Assembly: GCA_045805065.1 (NCBI GenBank)
Contig: JBJMMA010000022.1
Span: 1 to 10,097 of the forward strand
Origin: Bdellovibrionia bacterium
GTDB lineage: Bacteria > Bdellovibrionota > UBA1018
Length of the DNA: 10,097 nt
Direction of reading: 5' to 3'
In this document: positions 6,378 through 10,097 of the stretch, one piece after another
Layout: every line of letters starts with the position of its first letter
Position numbering within the stretch: position 1 is the stretch's first letter
Notes under the pieces: generated by a model
Database searches by the model: none
Told to the model about the DNA's origin: nothing
The model's input: the letters and a program-made list of their open reading frames with translations, nothing else
Position numbers and translations under genes: made by a program

Positions 6378-8852
6378 ATGATGCGCTCGTTTTCACACTT
6401 TATACTACGTCGTGCAGGCTGGGTTGCCTTTCTGGGAACTCTGCTCGCCTTTGTGGGCGCCTACTACTCCGTTCAACTTTATAAGAACCTCCGGACGAAC
6501 ATCGAGGAACTCCTCCCGACCTCGTCTCGCGCAGTGATCAACTTGGACGAAGTTCAACGCCGACTTCGCTCCATCGATAGCCTGGGAGTTCTAATCTTCT
6601 CGAAGGACACAAAAGCCAGTAAGCGCTTTGTCGTCGATTTGGTTAAGAAATTGGATCAGGCTCCAAAGTCCGTTGTCGCCAGCGTGGAGTACCGAATCAC
6701 TCAGGAGCTCAAATTCTTCAAAGACCGCCAGGCGCTCTTTATCGATCTTCCTGACCTGATCCGGATCCGCGATTACGTTCGCGATCGAATTGATTACGAG
6801 AAGTCTCTTTATAATCCGCTGAATATTTTCTCAGGGGTCGACATTCCGGAACCCGCCCTCGATTTCAACGCCCTTCGAGGAAAGTACTCCGCCAGTCTCT
6901 CCACCTATGACCGCTTTCCGGACGGATTCTATGCCACCCCGGATGAGACCAAGCGCGCGGTTCTGGTCTATCTGGCCGGAGAAGCATCCAGCATCGATAA
7001 GGATCTGGCCCTGAAGAAGACCGTTGAGGACACGGTGAAAAACCTGAACCCGTCCTCCTACGCCTCTGATCTTGAGGTGAAGTACACGGGCGGCGTCCAG
7101 GACACGATTGAAGAACATGACGCACTGATCGAAGATCTGGAGCTCTCCACCGTGATCGTCATGGTGGTCGTGACAGTGGCCATGTGGGCATTCTTCCGGG
7201 CTGCTCGCGCTACCTTTGCCCTGGTGTTGAGCCTATTCATGGGAACCTTCTGGACCTTTGGAGCGTCTTACTTTGCGGTGGGATACCTGAACGCCAACTC
7301 CGCATTCCTGGGATCCATCGTCATTGGTAACGGCATCAACTTCGGTATCATTCATCTGGCTCGCTATCTCGAAGAACGCCGCCGGGGCAGGTCCAATACA
7401 CGATCGGTTTATTCATCCATCGTGCACACAGCGACTTCGACCTGGACGGCAGCAGGTGCTGCAGGTCTCGCCTATGGATCGCTCATCCTGACCGACTTCC
7501 GTGGCTTCCGTCAATTTGGCATTATCGGACTGATCGGAATGGTCTTGTGCTGGCTCAGCGCCTACACCCTACTTCCAGCCTACCTGACGGTCATGGACCG
7601 GATGTACCCTCTGGTTCGCAAAAACAAACGGGCCCCCAAGCCCTATGCAGCTGGAGCCCTGGCCTGGCTGATTGGCCGATATGGCGCAGCGATCTGGGCC
7701 ATCTCTGTGATCCTGACGATTGTGTCGCTTGCGATGTTTGGGCGCTACAATTCCGGAATCCTTGAAACCGATCTCTCTCAGCTTCGCAACAAGCACAGTC
7801 TTGAGTCAGGCTCAGCCTATCTCTCCAAGCATTTGGATGAAATCTTCCAGCGCTATCTCTCTCCTCTGGCCATTCTTCCACGCACCAAGGCAGACACCGT
7901 AAAGATCGCCGAATTGCTGCGTAAGAAAAAAGCCGAAGAAGGAAAAGAAAGTCTGATCAGCAGCGTGCAAACGCTGGAGGACTTTGTCCCGAAACAGCAG
8001 GCTGAGAAGATGAAGGTTTTGGACGAGATTCGCCGAACCCTTCCGCCTAAGATTTTTTACCGGATGTCTGAGCATGATCAGAAACTGGCTCAGCAGTTTT
8101 TGAATCCAGCCGTTCAAAAGCCCGTTGCCCTCAAAGACCTTCCTCCTCTTTTGTTGGATAAGTTCACAGAAAAAGACGGCTCAGTCGGAAAACTCATTCT
8201 GGTCGAACCTCCGATCGGAAAACAAACCGACAACGGGGATAAGCTCATCGCCTTCATCAAAGACCTCAGAGACTCAGCCGATCAGGTCGAGCCAGGTTGC
8301 GCGGTTGCGGGAAGCCTCACGATCACGGCTGACATGATCCAGGCCATCTCCCGCGATGGTCCAAAAGCAACGCTCTTTGCGTTGATCGCGGTTTGCCTGC
8401 TCGTTGTCGTACTCTTCAGAAACCTGCGCACCTCAGCGCTGATTCTTGCCGCGCTTTTCATGGGCGTGACCTGGCTTGCGGGGATCATCTTAGGCTTCTG
8501 GGTCAAGATCAACTTCCTGAACTTCATCGCACTTCCGATCACGTTTGGCATCGGCGTGGACTACGGAGTGAATGTCTTCCAACGCTATCGTGAAGAAGGC
8601 CCAGGAAAGATCCTCTCCGTGATCAAGCATACGGGTGGAGCCGTCGCACTTTGCAGCTTCTCGACCATCGTAGGTTATTGCTCGCTTCTCATCGCATCCA
8701 ACAAAGCTTTCAAGAGCTTTGGAATGCTAGCGGTCGCAGGCGAACTCACCTGCGTGATCGCGGCGCTCGTTGGATTCCCAGCTTTTCTTTTGATGTGGAA
8801 TCGCAAAGAGCTTGCCGCAAAAGAAGCTGCAGCAGTTGAACTTCCCAATTAG
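6378..8852 (+). CDS. MMPL-family RND transporter (HpnN-like predicted lipid exporter), 824 aa
   Basis: Two repeats of TM + large periplasmic domain + 5 TM. Motifs LRTNIEELLP, YTGG, IVIGNGINFGI..LARY.EE, DFRGFRQFG.IG, LPITFGIGVDYGVN...RY, TGGAV.LCS.STI.GY.SL, SFG.LA..GE. Confidence 0.92.
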   Translation: MMRSFSHFILRRAGWVAFLGTLLAFVGAYYSVQLYKNLRTNIEELLPTSSRAVINLDEVQRRLRSIDSLGVLIFSKDTKASKRFVVDLVKKLDQAPKSVVASVEYRITQELKFFKDRQALFIDLPDLIRIRDYVRDRIDYEKSLYNPLNIFSGVDIPEPALDFNALRGKYSASLSTYDRFPDGFYATPDETKRAVLVYLAGEASSIDKDLALKKTVEDTVKNLNPSSYASDLEVKYTGGVQDTIEEHDALIEDLELSTVIVMVVVTVAMWAFFRAARATFALVLSLFMGTFWTFGASYFAVGYLNANSAFLGSIVIGNGINFGIIHLARYLEERRRGRSNTRSVYSSIVHTATSTWTAAGAAGLAYGSLILTDFRGFRQFGIIGLIGMVLCWLSAYTLLPAYLTVMDRMYPLVRKNKRAPKPYAAGALAWLIGRYGAAIWAISVILTIVSLAMFGRYNSGILETDLSQLRNKHSLESGSAYLSKHLDEIFQRYLSPLAILPRTKADTVKIAELLRKKKAEEGKESLISSVQTLEDFVPKQQAEKMKVLDEIRRTLPPKIFYRMSEHDQKLAQQFLNPAVQKPVALKDLPPLLLDKFTEKDGSVGKLILVEPPIGKQTDNGDKLIAFIKDLRDSADQVEPGCAVAGSLTITADMIQAISRDGPKATLFALIAVCLLVVVLFRNLRTSALILAALFMGVTWLAGIILGFWVKINFLNFIALPITFGIGVDYGVNVFQRYREEGPGKILSVIKHTGGAVALCSFSTIVGYCSLLIASNKAFKSFGMLAVAGELTCVIAALVGFPAFLLMWNRKELAAKEAAAVELPN

Positions 8853-9730
8853 CTTGCAGCTCTTTGCTGGTCAGGCTGCTGTTTTGGCTGCCGCGCTTCC
8901 GCGCTTAAGAAATCAAGAAGTTCTTTGTTCAGAAGCTCAGCATGCGTCCAGTTCAAACCATGCGTGCCACCTGGAATCACGACAAGCTTCGCATTTTTGA
9001 TGAGCTCAGGCATGCGCTTTCCAGAGTTTTCCAAAGGTACGATTCGGTCCGAATCGCCATGAACAACCAGAGTTGGAATCGTCACGTTCTTGAGATCTTT
9101 TCTGAAATCCGTAAGCCACGAATCTACGCACGTCAGCGTTCCGATCGGAGAAGCTCCGGATGCGATATTCCAGCTCAGTCTTGTCATTTCTTCGCTGATC
9201 CGAGTTCCGCTCAGCTCATTGCGATTGTAAAAATTATCCAGAAATTTCGTCAAAAAGGCAGGACGATCTGCCTCAATCCCTTGCTTGATCTCCGTAAAGA
9301 CCGATTGATCCACGCCTTCAGCATTATCGCTGGTCTTTAAGAGGTACGGAGTGATTGCCGAGATAAAGATCGCTCTTTTGACGCGCTTTTGTCCGTATTT
9401 TCCTAAGTAGCGAGCCACTTCCCCGCCACCCATCGAAAAACCAACCAGCGTCACTTGATCAAGCTCAAGTTCATCAAGCAATGCATTGAGGTCACTCGCA
9501 AGAGTGTCATAATCATAACCCGTCGCAGGGCGATCCGAGTCTCCAAAGCCGCGGCGGTCATAACTGATGACTCGGTATCCAGCGTTGAGCAGCGCGATCG
9601 TTTGCTTTTCCCAGGAGCGACTGCTGAGTGGCCAGCCGTGAATCAACACCACTGGATCTCCACTTCCTTGGTCTTCGTAATAAAGCCTGATCTTGGATGA
9701 ATTCTCGTAACCTACTTTAAAATAGGGCAT
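8849..9730 (-). CDS. Alpha/beta hydrolase, non-heme chloroperoxidase/bromoperoxidase (perhydrolase)/arylesterase family
   Basis: LYYEDQGSG.PVVLIHGWP, YDRRGFG.S, GYDYDT, nucleophile elbow GFSMGGGEV, acid HGDSDRIVP and His in GGTHG give a complete Ser-Asp-His triad. AGGAAG SD-like motif upstream. Confidence 0.93.
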   Translation of the reverse strand: MPYFKVGYENSSKIRLYYEDQGSGDPVVLIHGWPLSSRSWEKQTIALLNAGYRVISYDRRGFGDSDRPATGYDYDTLASDLNALLDELELDQVTLVGFSMGGGEVARYLGKYGQKRVKRAIFISAITPYLLKTSDNAEGVDQSVFTEIKQGIEADRPAFLTKFLDNFYNRNELSGTRISEEMTRLSWNIASGASPIGTLTCVDSWLTDFRKDLKNVTIPTLVVHGDSDRIVPLENSGKRMPELIKNAKLVVIPGGTHGLNWTHAELLNKELLDFLSAEARQPKQQPDQQRAAS

Positions 9731-9785
9731 GTGGCGCTGCTTCCTGTGGGATGGGTTGAACTAAAGGTTTTAGCAGCATCCCGAG

Positions 9786-9802
9786 TTGCAAATGAGACAC
9801 CA
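9786..9802 (-). promoter_or_regulatory. Candidate sigma54 (-24/-12) promoter for the hydrolase gene
   Basis: Minus strand TGGTGTCTCATTTGCAA has exact GG-N10-GC spacing and TTGCA at -12, ~55 nt upstream of the ATG. The CACG part of the -24 consensus is not matched. Confidence 0.3.
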
Positions 9803-9922
9803 GATTTGCCGCTTGGTGACCACTCTTTGTAAAACATGCGTGCTTGAAGCGCATTGAGCGCGCCAAGCGATGGTTGAACTTTTGTAGGAATATTCAGCGT
9901 AAGCTCAGCCTACATTTTCGAA

Positions 9923-9942
9923 TTTCAGACTATAGTCTTAAA
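9923..9942. promoter_or_regulatory. Palindromic candidate transcription-factor site
   Basis: Perfect 12-bp palindrome AGACTATAGTCT (9927-9938), extendable to TTTcAGACTATAGTCTtAAA, in non-coding DNA. Confidence 0.35.
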
Positions 9943-10097
9943 ATCAGACCTTGCGCACCGCTTCTTCGCAGCGGCGAGCACAGCCGGCACGGCTAAGCAG
10001 TGCGTTAAATTACCAAACCATCACCCACGTGAACTGATCCAACAATTGGGTATATTTCGAGTCATTTCCGCTATGGACACAAAATACAAAGCTGGAC

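Noticed and set aside
8942..9700. + strand ORFs 8942-9340 and 9455-9700, and the other short track ORFs nested in the aldolase, mla and MMPL genes
   Set aside because: Fully nested in well-supported genes, with no motifs or translation signals of their own.
9792..9857. 21-codon ORF MRHQICRLVTTLCKTCVLEAH
   Set aside because: No SD, very short, no supporting pattern.
9865..9914. Fluoride (crcB) riboswitch-like look: GCGATGG...hairpin...GCCTAC
   Set aside because: P1 cannot form properly, the conserved URAUG segment before the pseudoknot strand is absent, and no fluoride-related gene is visible.
1..10097. CRISPR array, tRNA/rRNA, IS or prophage elements, programmed frameshifts
   Set aside because: No regularly spaced repeats, cloverleaf, transposase/integrase motifs or broken reading frames were found; all main genes look intact.

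Overview
Bacterial chromosomal window of moderate GC. Gene content and protein style suggest a diderm predator-type lineage (Bdellovibrionota/Oligoflexia or myxobacteria-like); this is inference only. Left to right: the 5' part of hisS (minus strand, missing from the ORF track because it runs off the window edge); a stand-alone DUF2090/IolC-C-terminal-type class I aldolase converging on fbaB across a bidirectional terminator with C-rich loops; a minus-strand three-gene unit mlaE - long mlaD(MCE) - unknown exported protein, with no mlaF ATPase in the unit; only 53 bp away and divergent, an MMPL/HpnN-like RND transporter with an atypical proton-relay motif; a convergent non-heme haloperoxidase/arylesterase-type alpha/beta hydrolase overlapping it by 4 nt; and a ~370 bp structured non-coding end. 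The most interesting candidate is a lipid-trafficking locus combining an MCE system that may span the envelope, a possible START-like periplasmic carrier and a proton-driven MMPL exporter. No mobile element, CRISPR array, tRNA or rRNA was seen.
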